From the IMG/VR virus record IMGVR_UViG_3300045988_119069: a DNA stretch of 64,000 nt; one strand, 5' to 3'. Shown here piece by piece: positions 19,418 through 28,585 of this stretch (positions within the stretch are counted from its first letter, which is position 1; every line of letters starts with the position of its first letter). Source of the stretch: a virus. Below the pieces are notes generated by a model. The model was not told the origin of the DNA and searched no databases. It saw only the letters and a program-made list of their open reading frames with translations. Both the position numbers and the translations under genes were made by a program.

Positions 19418-19460
19418 TATTTTATCCCGATAATCGACCTTATGATAAATAGCATAAATT

Positions 19461-20417
19461 ATGGCTAAATCAAATCCTATCAAAGCGCGAGAAGAACTGG
19501 TGCGCAGTCAGCCCACCATCTACTCTTTCAACTTTCGTGATGTGCCTTCGGGTAAGTATGCCGAGACGCTGGACGTGCTCTTCCATAATCCGGATTATAG
19601 CGAAGCCGTTGAGAAGCGTAATCGTCTTGTGAAGTCGGCTGAGCGTTTGCGTCCGGGTTCGAGCGAAATGGTGAACCTTATGCGTACCATCCAGCAACAT
19701 GACCGCAAATTGGCGGACACTATGTATGCCTCCATCGTGCAGACAAATCTACATTCAGAGGTTAGCTATGATTTTCTTTCGTTCGGCACCCTGTTGAAGT
19801 ATTATGTTAATTACAAGAAGGACGGTATGCGTGAGCGTGTTGACCGCATGGCAGCCAATCTTGATAAGGTTACGTTCCTCGCCGATATGCTTGAGAGTAT
19901 TGTTACCGACGTGAAAGCTGATATGCGGGAGGTGTTTGATGGCAGCATTGAGTTCAATCAGTTTGATGCGGTACTGCATGTTCTTACTCAACTACGCGGA
20001 TTCTTTAAGTCTGCCCGACGTGGCGATGCTGATTCGCCCGAGGCTCAGCTCTACTTCGACTACTCCGACTCCATCAATGATTATCTTGAGAAAAGACTGA
20101 AGACATATATCGACAAGTATCGCAAACTGCATCCGGCTGCGCAAGTCTACACTGAAGCCGACCTCATAGAAGGTCTGAATCAGTTCTTTGGTCGTAGCGA
20201 GAAGTTCGACATGAGCGTTATCGCTCATACCGAGTCGGGAGGTTGCTATATCGACCTTGCGCAGCTCTGCCTTCGTCTTAGTAGAAACGACATTGAGAGG
20301 ATAGAAAAAGTGACTGGCAAAATGCAGTCTAACAGCATGACCGATGCTGCATTGCGCTACAGCTTCAATGCCACTGATTTAATTATGAGCCAATACCAAC
20401 GGCCCAAACCAAAATAA
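19461..20417 (+). CDS. hypothetical protein (318 aa)
   Basis: ORF track. Tightly packed on the same strand. Confidence 0.4.
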   Translation: MAKSNPIKAREELVRSQPTIYSFNFRDVPSGKYAETLDVLFHNPDYSEAVEKRNRLVKSAERLRPGSSEMVNLMRTIQQHDRKLADTMYASIVQTNLHSEVSYDFLSFGTLLKYYVNYKKDGMRERVDRMAANLDKVTFLADMLESIVTDVKADMREVFDGSIEFNQFDAVLHVLTQLRGFFKSARRGDADSPEAQLYFDYSDSINDYLEKRLKTYIDKYRKLHPAAQVYTEADLIEGLNQFFGRSEKFDMSVIAHTESGGCYIDLAQLCLRLSRNDIERIEKVTGKMQSNSMTDAALRYSFNATDLIMSQYQRPKPK

Positions 20418-20425
20418 TAACCGTT

Positions 20426-21160
20426 ATGCCTAATATTTACCTTCGCCTACCTACGAGTCGCTGCCAGTTTTTCCGCAATCGCGACCCCAAGCACGTGCTT
20501 GCCAAGGACGAGCCGTTGGTGTTTAGTCCGTATATGCCTCACCACTTCGTATTGCGCAAGTATATAACCAACATTCCTGCCGTTGCACAAAAGGTGAACC
20601 CGCAATGCTTCTCACATCAACAATGGCGTAACATGATGCAAGGCAAACACCCCAACGGTGGAGAGATTGTCACAAAGCGTGATTCGCATGAATACCTGTC
20701 TTTTGACGAGGTGCAACGGTTTAATGGAATACAGGAATACTCTAAAAGTGACAAAGAAGACTATTTGTGTATAAAGCTACCTTCGGAGGTAGAGGTGATT
20801 GACGTGGTTCGTCAGGTCACGCCGGCATGGAATCTGAGTACGCGCGGCATCCGTCAGTTGCTTATCATGCTGAACGACGATTTTAAGCGTAGTGTCGTAG
20901 AATGGGCTTTAGCCACATTCGACTATTGCATATCCAATAAGCGCATCATTTGCCGTCGTCAAACAGCTATGCTTGAGCGATTCTTGATGCGCTATGGCAT
21001 AGACCAGAATGAGAATGAAAAAGACACCCTACGTCGCATCATCAATCGTTGGCTGACTTCGGATCATAGCAATTTCAAAGCTTATTCATTTGCTGATATG
21101 CAGTATATAGATGACAGCGAGAAGGTTTATTTCGTAGATGATATATTGTTTGGCGATTAG
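20426..21160 (+). CDS. hypothetical protein (244 aa)
   Basis: ORF track. Tightly packed on the same strand. Confidence 0.4.
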   Translation: MPNIYLRLPTSRCQFFRNRDPKHVLAKDEPLVFSPYMPHHFVLRKYITNIPAVAQKVNPQCFSHQQWRNMMQGKHPNGGEIVTKRDSHEYLSFDEVQRFNGIQEYSKSDKEDYLCIKLPSEVEVIDVVRQVTPAWNLSTRGIRQLLIMLNDDFKRSVVEWALATFDYCISNKRIICRRQTAMLERFLMRYGIDQNENEKDTLRRIINRWLTSDHSNFKAYSFADMQYIDDSEKVYFVDDILFGD

Positions 21161-21229
21161 AATAACGTAAACAAGAGTTAAATTAAAATTTAAAACAAGT
21201 TAAAAAACAGCCGTTTTAGGTGTACAAAA

Positions 21230-21721
21230 ATGCAACTACCCGATAAATGCAAAGAATTGTTCCTCGAAGGCATTACTGATGTGATGTTTTATCCAAGGGA
21301 AGAGTGTGTTATCCCTGTGCCGTTCAATATGGCACAAGTGTTATATATTAATAATTGTAGTCTGCCTGCCGAGCCAACTTTGCGCTTGGCTACGAGTGGC
21401 GAAAACTACGTTATTGTAGAGAATCTTAAAGTGAAGATGACGTTCGCCAAACAGGGCAATGGCACTATATATACATATAATATTAGTGCTAATGTGGCAA
21501 ATGGAGGCGAAAATGTGGCTGAAGCGTACCGAAATATGCGTGATAAGGAGTATCTTGTGGTATTGCGCAAGATGGACGTTTCGTTGCTGTTGTGCTATAC
21601 CTTACCCCATACATTCGGTATTGGTGGTACCACGGATCACAGCCAGACTGATTTGTCGCGAACCGTCACAGCCACCACTCAAGCCCTGTCGGAGCCTATA
21701 CCCATCACGCTTCGAGAGTAA
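21230..21721 (+). CDS. hypothetical protein (163 aa)
   Basis: ORF track. Followed by a terminator. Confidence 0.4.
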   Translation: MQLPDKCKELFLEGITDVMFYPREECVIPVPFNMAQVLYINNCSLPAEPTLRLATSGENYVIVENLKVKMTFAKQGNGTIYTYNISANVANGGENVAEAYRNMRDKEYLVVLRKMDVSLLLCYTLPHTFGIGGTTDHSQTDLSRTVTATTQALSEPIPITLRE

Positions 21722-21765
21722 AGCTATGCAACCATTTTTCTGATACATTATATTATACTGTTTAG

Positions 21766-21798
21766 AGCCGCTATTCGTGAGAATGGCGGCTTTTTTTG
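21766..21798 (+). terminator. rho-independent terminator
   Basis: agccgctattc / gaatggcggct stem with a gtga loop, followed by T7. Confidence 0.75.
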
Positions 21799-21823
21799 TC
21801 CTAATGTTAAAAACCACGGTCTT

Positions 21824-21831
21824 TAATTTTG
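21824..21831 (+). promoter_or_regulatory. candidate -7 box (TAATTTTG) upstream of the tRNA and head genes
   Basis: Matches TAnnTTTG, 15 nt before the tRNA 5' end. Confidence 0.45.
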
Positions 21832-21845
21832 CACATGGATAACAC

Positions 21846-21918
21846 AGCGGAGTGGAGCAGCTGGCAGCTCACTTGGCTCATAACCAAGAGGTCGAGGGTT
21901 CGAGTCCCTTCTCCGCAA
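21846..21918 (+). tRNA. tRNA-Met (anticodon CAT), initiator-like
   Basis: Hand-folded cloverleaf. D stem GAGC/GCTC. Anticodon stem CTTGG/CCAAG with loop CTCATAA. T arm GAGGG-TTCGAGT-CCCTT. 1:72 A-A mismatch and A11:T24. No encoded CCA. Confidence 0.85.
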
Positions 21919-21980
21919 CATAGTCAGTCGGCAAAAAGATTGATTTTTCAGGATAACAACACAAAACACAGATTTTACTA

Positions 21981-23582
21981 ATGATAACAACACTTCTTGA
22001 AGTTTTCGCTACAAGAGAATGGATGATGCACCCGCCTATCCTCAATGCCATCCGCATGGCCATGCAGGAGAACATCGCAGGACGTGTCGTCCTCTCAGCA
22101 GAGCAGGTAGCAAAGCACCAGGCTTATGCTATCGGCATGACCGCCGACGGCGAGAGGTCTCGTTTTTCCATGTCGGCAAGTGATGATGATCCAGACGCAG
22201 GATGTGGTCCAAGCGAAAAGGAGGTTTCTGACTTCGTAGCTGTAATTCCGGTATGCGGACCTATCACACGCAATGGCGACGCTTGCTCTTACGGATCTAT
22301 CGACTTCCGCAACATGATGATGCAAACTTCCGACTATGAGGAGTGTAAGGGCATCATCGTTTACATCAACTCCGGTGGTGGTTCGGCAGCAGCAATTCCC
22401 GACTATAAGTACGCCATCGACTATGCCCACTCAAAGGGCAAGAAGGTAATTGCCTTTGTGGATGGCACTTGCTATTCGGCTGCTATGTATCTGGCTGTGC
22501 TTTGCGACGAGATTTACTACATGAACGTGAAGGACGGTTTCGGTTCTATCGGCGTGATGGGAGGCTTCTACACTATGTTGTCTGGCGAGAAGAACGCCTA
22601 CACAAACGAAACTTGGAATGAGATTTACGCCACACAGAGCTACGAGAAGAACAAATGGTATCGTGATGCCGCCAAGGGAGATTACGAGGAATTGCAGAAA
22701 GACCTTGACGAGACTTGCGAGGAGTTTATGACCGACGTAAAGGCCCACCGTCCGAATGTCACCGACGAGCATCTGCATGGAGCCACCTTCGAGGCAAAGG
22801 ATGTTGAAGGCATACTCAACGACGGACAGTCAACTCTTGACGAGCTTGTAAACCGTTTTCTTGCGGACGATGATTCAAAGCCAAAAAACGACACTACAGC
22901 AACCAACACAAACACAAATATAAACATGGAGAATTACCCATTGATTTGCTCTGCTTGCGGACTGCAGGCTGGCGAGATTGCCGTTACGGAAGAGGGCGCG
23001 TATATGAACGCCTCGCTTCTTGACAACCTCGAAGCCCACATGAAGGAAGCCGAGCAGAAGGTGACTGATGCCGAGCAGAAAGCCACCACAGCGGAGAACG
23101 CTCTCGCGGATTTGCAGGGCAAGTTCGATGAACTCTCCGCTCAAGTAAACGCAGCCAACGAAGCAAAAGCAGTCGCGGAGACCGCACTTGCCGAAGCTAA
23201 GGAGGCTCACAGTAAAGAACTAAGCGACCTTAACGCACAGCACACCGAGGCTCTTGCCAAAAAGGACGACGAGTTGAAAGCTCTCACCGAGGCAAAGAAC
23301 AAGGAGATTGCCGACCTCACAGCCGCTAAGACTGAGACCGAGTCAAACCTTCAGACCGCAAAGGACGCACTCGCCACAGCCGAGCAGTCGCTTGCCGACA
23401 AACAGGCTCAGATTGACGAGCTGACCCACGATGCTGGCGCAGAGCAGAACGCTGGCGAGGCTCCGGAGAATAATGGCGAGGGAGTGAAGACTCGGCAGTT
23501 GCGCACATTCGACCCCAGTCAGTACAAGACTAACGTCGAACGCAGAGAAGCCTTTGAACGCTTCAAGCGTGGTGAGGAATAG
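21981..23582 (+). CDS. S49 (SppA/ClpP-like) prohead protease fused to a coiled-coil scaffold-like domain
   Basis: VYINSGGGSAAA and DGTCYSAAMYLA motifs of S49 peptidases. The C-terminal ~200 aa are an Ala/Glu/Lys-rich coiled coil. TAG stop. Confidence 0.7.
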   Translation: MITTLLEVFATREWMMHPPILNAIRMAMQENIAGRVVLSAEQVAKHQAYAIGMTADGERSRFSMSASDDDPDAGCGPSEKEVSDFVAVIPVCGPITRNGDACSYGSIDFRNMMMQTSDYEECKGIIVYINSGGGSAAAIPDYKYAIDYAHSKGKKVIAFVDGTCYSAAMYLAVLCDEIYYMNVKDGFGSIGVMGGFYTMLSGEKNAYTNETWNEIYATQSYEKNKWYRDAAKGDYEELQKDLDETCEEFMTDVKAHRPNVTDEHLHGATFEAKDVEGILNDGQSTLDELVNRFLADDDSKPKNDTTATNTNTNINMENYPLICSACGLQAGEIAVTEEGAYMNASLLDNLEAHMKEAEQKVTDAEQKATTAENALADLQGKFDELSAQVNAANEAKAVAETALAEAKEAHSKELSDLNAQHTEALAKKDDELKALTEAKNKEIADLTAAKTETESNLQTAKDALATAEQSLADKQAQIDELTHDAGAEQNAGEAPENNGEGVKTRQLRTFDPSQYKTNVERREAFERFKRGEE

Positions 23583-23654
23583 TATTTCCCTACCTCAGCT
23601 CTCAACCAACACAAAAACAGACAACACAACAACAACACAAAAACACAAACAATT

Positions 23655-24956
23655 ATGGCAACACTTCCAGACAACTTTATCGGAAAGGATGCGCTTCAGC
23701 ATGTAGCCGAGCAGGTTTCTAAGGAAATCCTCATGGGCATTGGTTATACCGATCCCGCTGAGACCGACCGTCTTGGTATCGACATTATCAGCGATCAGCA
23801 GTTTAAGCGTACCTTCCACATTCTTCTCCGCAAGGGTGGTACAACCCGTCGTAAAGACGTTCACTCAGTAGTAAACAGTCAGGCGGGATTTTTGACTGAG
23901 CGTACTCTTGTCGCCCGTCTTGCTTGGGATCACTTTACCGATTCTATTGACGCATATTGTGAAACAGTATTCGGTACGGACGCTCAGGGTCAGTACCCGA
24001 TGTCAACAGCAGCGGTAGAAGCGATCCTTCGTAATTACGCCGACAACCTTGCTGCTAACTTCTGGTTTGGCGACATCTCGCTCGACGATGGCAAGGAAAA
24101 CGTTCCTGCCCACGATCAGGCATTGGCTCTCTATGACGGTATTCACACCTGCATCAAGCATGACATCGAGGCTGGCATTATCTCTGAGGCTAACGGCAAC
24201 CTCATTCCTTGCGAGCTTATCGACGCTCCAGCTGACAACAATGACTCTACACCTTACGACAACTTCTACAACTGGTACCTGAAGTGGGACGCTCGTCTGC
24301 GCAAGCAGAAGACTCTTGTCTATATGAACGAAATCACTGCTCATAACATCGCAGCCGGCTATGCTAACAAGTATCACGGTAACTACAAGGTTGATTATGA
24401 CGCAGGTGGCAACTTCGTTTTGCCTGGCATGTCAAAGGTTACAATCTGTCCTGTTTCTGACTTTGGTGTAGGTGACCGTATGTACGCCACTGTACCGAAG
24501 AACCTTGTTTACGGTGTAGATACACTTAGCAACGAGACTTATGTGGGCGTTAAGGTCGGCACGGACACAGATTTACGCCAAATCCAACTCCAAATTCAGT
24601 CAATACAGGGAGCCGGACTGAAGGTGCCCTACGCACACTCGTTTGCAATGTCGGACGGTAATCTCGCTAACCCTGACTTTGTAGCTGGTGATTACACCAA
24701 CTCTAACCTCGTTGTTACTCTCGCAAAGGCTAACGCTCAGGACGAGGGCAACATCGACGGAACAGTGAAGGTGAATGGTGCTCCCTACAAGAATCCTATT
24801 GAGACTTCTGTAAATCAGGTTATCTCGCTTGAGGCAGCTGACGGCACCAACTACAAGTTTGTAAACTGGAGCAATGGTTCGACCGAGAAGAAGATCCAGC
24901 TCACTGCCACTGGCATGAGCATGGGCTTGATAGCCTTCTTCAAGAAGAACGGCTAA
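23655..24956 (+). CDS. putative major capsid protein with a C-terminal repeat-like domain
   Basis: 433 aa, directly after the protease/scaffold gene. The C-terminal YKFVNWSNG segment resembles a Listeria-Bacteroides repeat. The call is largely positional. Confidence 0.55.
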   Translation: MATLPDNFIGKDALQHVAEQVSKEILMGIGYTDPAETDRLGIDIISDQQFKRTFHILLRKGGTTRRKDVHSVVNSQAGFLTERTLVARLAWDHFTDSIDAYCETVFGTDAQGQYPMSTAAVEAILRNYADNLAANFWFGDISLDDGKENVPAHDQALALYDGIHTCIKHDIEAGIISEANGNLIPCELIDAPADNNDSTPYDNFYNWYLKWDARLRKQKTLVYMNEITAHNIAAGYANKYHGNYKVDYDAGGNFVLPGMSKVTICPVSDFGVGDRMYATVPKNLVYGVDTLSNETYVGVKVGTDTDLRQIQLQIQSIQGAGLKVPYAHSFAMSDGNLANPDFVAGDYTNSNLVVTLAKANAQDEGNIDGTVKVNGAPYKNPIETSVNQVISLEAADGTNYKFVNWSNGSTEKKIQLTATGMSMGLIAFFKKNG

Positions 24957-24993
24957 TCCCGCGAGGCGGTTTCTTTTATCTCTATAAATCCCC

Positions 24994-25047
24994 GGCGGCG
25001 GTCGCTTGACCTGACGGAAAACAGTGACCGTCGCCATTTCTTTTTTC
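24994..25047 (+). terminator. weak hairpin plus T-run after the capsid gene (possible attenuator)
   Basis: ggcggcggtc / gaccgtcgcc stem (1 mismatch, 22-nt loop), followed by tttcttttttc. Confidence 0.4.
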
Positions 25048-25077
25048 GGATAACACAACACAAAAACTTATAAGAAT

Positions 25078-25641
25078 ATGGCAGTAACAGCAACATGTCC
25101 TGAGATTAAGGACGTTCTCGCAGCTAATGAATGTCTTGAGAACTTTGGTGGTCTTGGTGTCAATGTCTACGTCTTCAATAAGGCAGACCTTAAAGCTCCC
25201 TTGAAGGCCGAAAAGAACATCTACCCTGCATTGACCTCTGAGTCGTTCAACACTGGTAAGGGTCTTTACAAATTCGAGTGTAAGGAGAGTAGCCAGGGTC
25301 ACTCTTTTGAGTCACTTGGCCGAAGAGGCGGTTATAAACAGACGATTGACTATGTACTCGAAAGCGTAAACGCAGAGTCGGCAGAAGTGGCGCGAGCTCT
25401 GAACAACCTCGACCTTGGCTACATCTTCCAGGATGGTGAGAAGAACATCATCGTGTACGATTCTCAGCATAAGGTAGAGTACGCTTCCGGTGGCATTAAG
25501 GGCGACACGGGCAAGAAATCAGACGATGAACGTAGCGTTGTTTGTAGCGGAACTCTCCAGCCTACAGCATACGGACGTTATGAGATTGCAGAGCCTGAGA
25601 CCGGCGGTTGGGACTCGCTCCTTGCGACAAAAAAAGAGTAA
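25078..25641 (+). CDS. hypothetical structural protein (187 aa)
   Basis: Follows the capsid gene and is bracketed by terminators, which suggests an abundant virion component. No motif recognised. Confidence 0.35.
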   Translation: MAVTATCPEIKDVLAANECLENFGGLGVNVYVFNKADLKAPLKAEKNIYPALTSESFNTGKGLYKFECKESSQGHSFESLGRRGGYKQTIDYVLESVNAESAEVARALNNLDLGYIFQDGEKNIIVYDSQHKVEYASGGIKGDTGKKSDDERSVVCSGTLQPTAYGRYEIAEPETGGWDSLLATKKE

Positions 25642-25801
25642 GCGATATTGACGCACAGAGCGAGGACAATATCGCAAAAGAAGTGCTCGACAATGCCGAT
25701 TCTTCTTTCTTCAGTACAAGTGACGAAGAGGAAGGAACAACGGCAAAGAAGAGCAAAAAGTAATCGCTCATACGAGGAAGGTTTTTCATCATACGACAAT
25801 T

Positions 25802-25850
25802 CCCTGCATCAATTCTTTATATAAAAGGTATTGATGCAGGGATTTTTTAT
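25802..25850 (+). terminator. strong rho-independent terminator
   Basis: ccctgcatcaat / attgatgcaggg 12-bp stem followed by attttttatt. Confidence 0.8.
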
Positions 25851-25934
25851 TATACACATATTAGTATTTTGACAAAATAATACTAAAATTAGCATTTCTA
25901 ATATCAAAGCGAAACCAAATACGATAAATACCTG

Positions 25935-25942
25935 TAACTTTG
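25935..25942 (+). promoter_or_regulatory. candidate -7 box (TAACTTTG) for the LysR gene
   Basis: Matches TAnnTTTG, 67 nt upstream of ATG 26009. Confidence 0.4.
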
Positions 25943-26008
25943 CAATTAGAAAAGATTTTTTGATTACGTTTTGTTGTAAACGTAGAATAACTAAAACTTA
26001 TAGGATTT

Positions 26009-26935
26009 ATGGAACTAAGACATTTGCGTTCGTTTGTAAACGTAGCTGAAACCAAGTTATTTAGTATGGCAGCCACACGTTGTTGCGTCACCCAGTCGGC
26101 GGTAAGCCAGCACATTCGTGCCCTGGAGGACGAGTTGGGCTGCAAATTGCTTATCCGCACATCACACGGCATTATGCTCACCGAAAGCGGCGAAGCCCTG
26201 TTGCCTCGTGCCAAAGAAATACTGAAGCAGACCGAGGACTGCAAAGAGCAAATCTATGCCCTCAACAACTGCATGACGGGCGAACTGCGTATAGGCGTAG
26301 GTTCGTTTATTGCTCCGTACGTCCGTATGGCAGCATTGATATTCATGGAGAGATACCCTAACGTGCGTATCAATGCCGACTTTACTAAAGCCTACATCCT
26401 CAACCAATCGCTAAGAGCGCACATGTTAGACCTTGCTTTCACCATGAATATGGCATACCGCCACGAAGGAATAGAGTCGAGACCCTGCATACCCTTTAAC
26501 GTGTATGCTATCATGCGCGATACCCATCCGCTTGCCTCGCTCTCAAAGGTGTCGTATGAGGACATTCTGAAGCACCCCATCATCATGCCCGACATAGGCG
26601 AACGTGCCATTGAGACCTTTCAGCAATACATACAGCGCGACCTATATAAGCTCAATATCAAGTGCATCATCAGCGACCCTGACGAAGCTCTTGCCTCGGT
26701 GGAAGAAACCAAGTATATAACCTTCATGCCTAAGCTCTACCTGCGCAACCACCCTACCCTTGTGGCACGTCCAATCGTAGGATTCGAACAGCAGTTGATG
26801 AGCAACGCCCACTGTATGCAGGACGTACCAAAGAAGCGAGCTGCACAACTCTTCCTCGACATCATCCGCGACGAGGTAGTGCCATACATTTCCGTAGCCG
26901 AAGAGTCGCAAGGAAAGTTCACACCGCCACCTTGA
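26009..26935 (+). CDS. LysR-family transcriptional regulator
   Basis: N-terminal HTH LRHLRSFVNVAETKLFSMAATRCCVTQSAVSQHIRALEDELG followed by a ~200-aa substrate-binding-type domain. Confidence 0.85.
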   Translation: MELRHLRSFVNVAETKLFSMAATRCCVTQSAVSQHIRALEDELGCKLLIRTSHGIMLTESGEALLPRAKEILKQTEDCKEQIYALNNCMTGELRIGVGSFIAPYVRMAALIFMERYPNVRINADFTKAYILNQSLRAHMLDLAFTMNMAYRHEGIESRPCIPFNVYAIMRDTHPLASLSKVSYEDILKHPIIMPDIGERAIETFQQYIQRDLYKLNIKCIISDPDEALASVEETKYITFMPKLYLRNHPTLVARPIVGFEQQLMSNAHCMQDVPKKRAAQLFLDIIRDEVVPYISVAEESQGKFTPPP

Positions 26936-26964
26936 TAGTCATTAGATTTTCTTATAATGAACTG

Positions 26965-26994
26965 AGCCTCACGTTAGCAGCGTGAGGCTTTTTA
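26965..26994 (+). terminator. rho-independent terminator after the LysR gene
   Basis: agcctcacg / cgtgaggct stem followed by ttttt. Confidence 0.8.
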
Positions 26995-27077
26995 ATTTTA
27001 GTATTAGCCGAAATTATATGTTATCCCATAGCAAGAACACTTAATAAGAAACTCTTCGCCCACACCACTTTCTCCCA

Positions 27078-27085
27078 TACCTTTG
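27078..27085 (+). promoter_or_regulatory. candidate -7 box (TACCTTTG)
   Basis: Matches TAnnTTTG, 15 nt before ATG 27100 and 45 nt before the alternative ATG 27130. Confidence 0.45.
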
Positions 27086-27099
27086 CAATAAGTTCAATA

Positions 27100-27645
27100 A
27101 TGAACGAAACCAACCAAACACAAACAACTATGCAGATTAAAACTAATGACGGCAACTATGATGTTGCCAGCAAGGGACTCGGCAACACAGCCTTGGGTCT
27201 CGGCATCGCAGGCTTGGCAACGAGCCTATTGGGAGGCAGCGCCTCGCTTCTGGGCATGGGTAGAAACAACGGCATGACCGCCAATCCTACCGACCCTGAC
27301 GCGCGTTTCGTAACTAAGAGTGAGACTAACCTTATCCAGGAGAACAGCACTCTGAAGACCGAACTCGCCATTCAGAAGAGCGAGAACTACACCGACAAGA
27401 AGCTCGTGGAAGTGACACAGTATCTCGACACGAAGTTGCGCCGTGTGGAAGACAAGGTGGATGCAAACAAGGATGCGCAGCAAGCCGTCAACGCACAGCA
27501 GATGGCTTACAATGCGGCTGCTAACGCCAGCATCGACGTGCTCAAGTCGCAGGTGGCATCGTTGTCGAGCGTAACCAAGCTGTTCATCCCTTCAACCAAC
27601 GTATGCCAGACCGGTTGCGGTTGCGGTTGCGGATGCAATCAGTAG
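27100..27645 (+). CDS. membrane-anchored coiled-coil protein with a C-terminal (Gly-Cys)4 tail
   Basis: Gly-zipper TM LGLGIAGLATSLLGGSASLLG, then a long coiled coil, ending CQTGCGCGCGCNQ. The real start may be ATG 27130, which follows a CA-rich leader. Confidence 0.5.
   Translation: MNETNQTQTTMQIKTNDGNYDVASKGLGNTALGLGIAGLATSLLGGSASLLGMGRNNGMTANPTDPDARFVTKSETNLIQENSTLKTELAIQKSENYTDKKLVEVTQYLDTKLRRVEDKVDANKDAQQAVNAQQMAYNAAANASIDVLKSQVASLSSVTKLFIPSTNVCQTGCGCGCGCNQ
27613..27636 (+). repeat. hexanucleotide tandem repeat (GGTTGC x3 + GGATGC)
   Basis: Read directly from the sequence. It encodes GCGCGCGC. Confidence 0.8.
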
Positions 27646-27671
27646 GAGAATGATGTAATCCTGTTGTATAT

Positions 27672-28094
27672 ATGGAATACAAAAACTCACAAATTTTGGC
27701 GGCAGTCGTGTCCGAATGGGCACGACCCGCCATTTCGCAGATAGCCGCAGGCAACCTCATGCGCCTACCCATGCTTCAGTCTCTGCAAGCCACCATCAGC
27801 TCGTTAGGCATTGTTAGCGGCAACTATGCCCTACAGAAGGACATCGAACCACTCATTCAGCCCATCGTCAACTCGCTCGTCGCACCTATGCTTGCCCGAT
27901 ATTTCGGTCAGATACCCGAAGAGAGCATACCGCAGATGGCACACGACATAGTGGAGAAGATGCGAGGTAACGGACCGCTGTCGGTGCTCGAAGGCATGGT
28001 GACGTTTGAGGAGGAAGACCTCAACGAGCTTGCCGATCTTCTTGACAAGAACCTTCCCGTAGAACAGACGCAAGGCTATCATGTAAAACATTAA
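27672..28094 (+). CDS. hypothetical protein (140 aa)
   Basis: ORF track. Same operon as the neighbouring genes. Confidence 0.4.
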   Translation: MEYKNSQILAAVVSEWARPAISQIAAGNLMRLPMLQSLQATISSLGIVSGNYALQKDIEPLIQPIVNSLVAPMLARYFGQIPEESIPQMAHDIVEKMRGNGPLSVLEGMVTFEEEDLNELADLLDKNLPVEQTQGYHVKH

Positions 28095-28152
28095 ACAGAG
28101 TAACAACACCAGCGGCGGCAAGCATCGTCGCTATAATAAAACAGAAACGATT

Positions 28153-28581
28153 ATGAACAAACGTACCATTCCGGCTATCATCATAGCCACACTTGCGGCA
28201 GGTGCAACCGCCGCCGCACCCTATTATGATGTCAACATCACACAGCAGCTCTGCACACCGGCTTGTGTAGACGAGACTCCCGTGTTCGCTCCGAAGTTCT
28301 CCGTCAAGAGCATTGCCAACGTAGGCACCTCACAGTATATCATCGTCATTCACGTTGAGGGCGTAATAAACTACATCCCTTGCAACTGCGGCTCGTGCTG
28401 CACACGCTCACAAGTGGTGTCGCAAGACTTCACCATTCCTGTGTTCAGCGCCACCGCCATCAATTCGGCAACAATAGCAGTGGGAACCGTCCAGAACGGC
28501 ATAGCACGCATGTCGTGCTGCAGCTGTTCCAAGACTTTCGTTTCCGACTGCCCCGTAACGCTCACCCTTGTAACTACATAA
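28153..28581 (+). CDS. secreted Cys-rich protein (142 aa, 10 Cys)
   Basis: Signal-peptide-like MNKRTIPAIIIATLAAGATAAA. Cys clusters PCNCGSCC and SCCSC. No lipobox Cys. Confidence 0.5.
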   Translation: MNKRTIPAIIIATLAAGATAAAPYYDVNITQQLCTPACVDETPVFAPKFSVKSIANVGTSQYIIVIHVEGVINYIPCNCGSCCTRSQVVSQDFTIPVFSATAINSATIAVGTVQNGIARMSCCSCSKTFVSDCPVTLTLVTT

Positions 28582-28585
28582 AGCC

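Noticed and set aside
21846-21918. The tRNA might be an amber suppressor that explains the in-frame TAG codons.
   Set aside because: The 7-nt anticodon loop reads CTCATAA, so the anticodon is CAT (Met), not CTA. No other tRNA-like cloverleaf was found by eye in the window.
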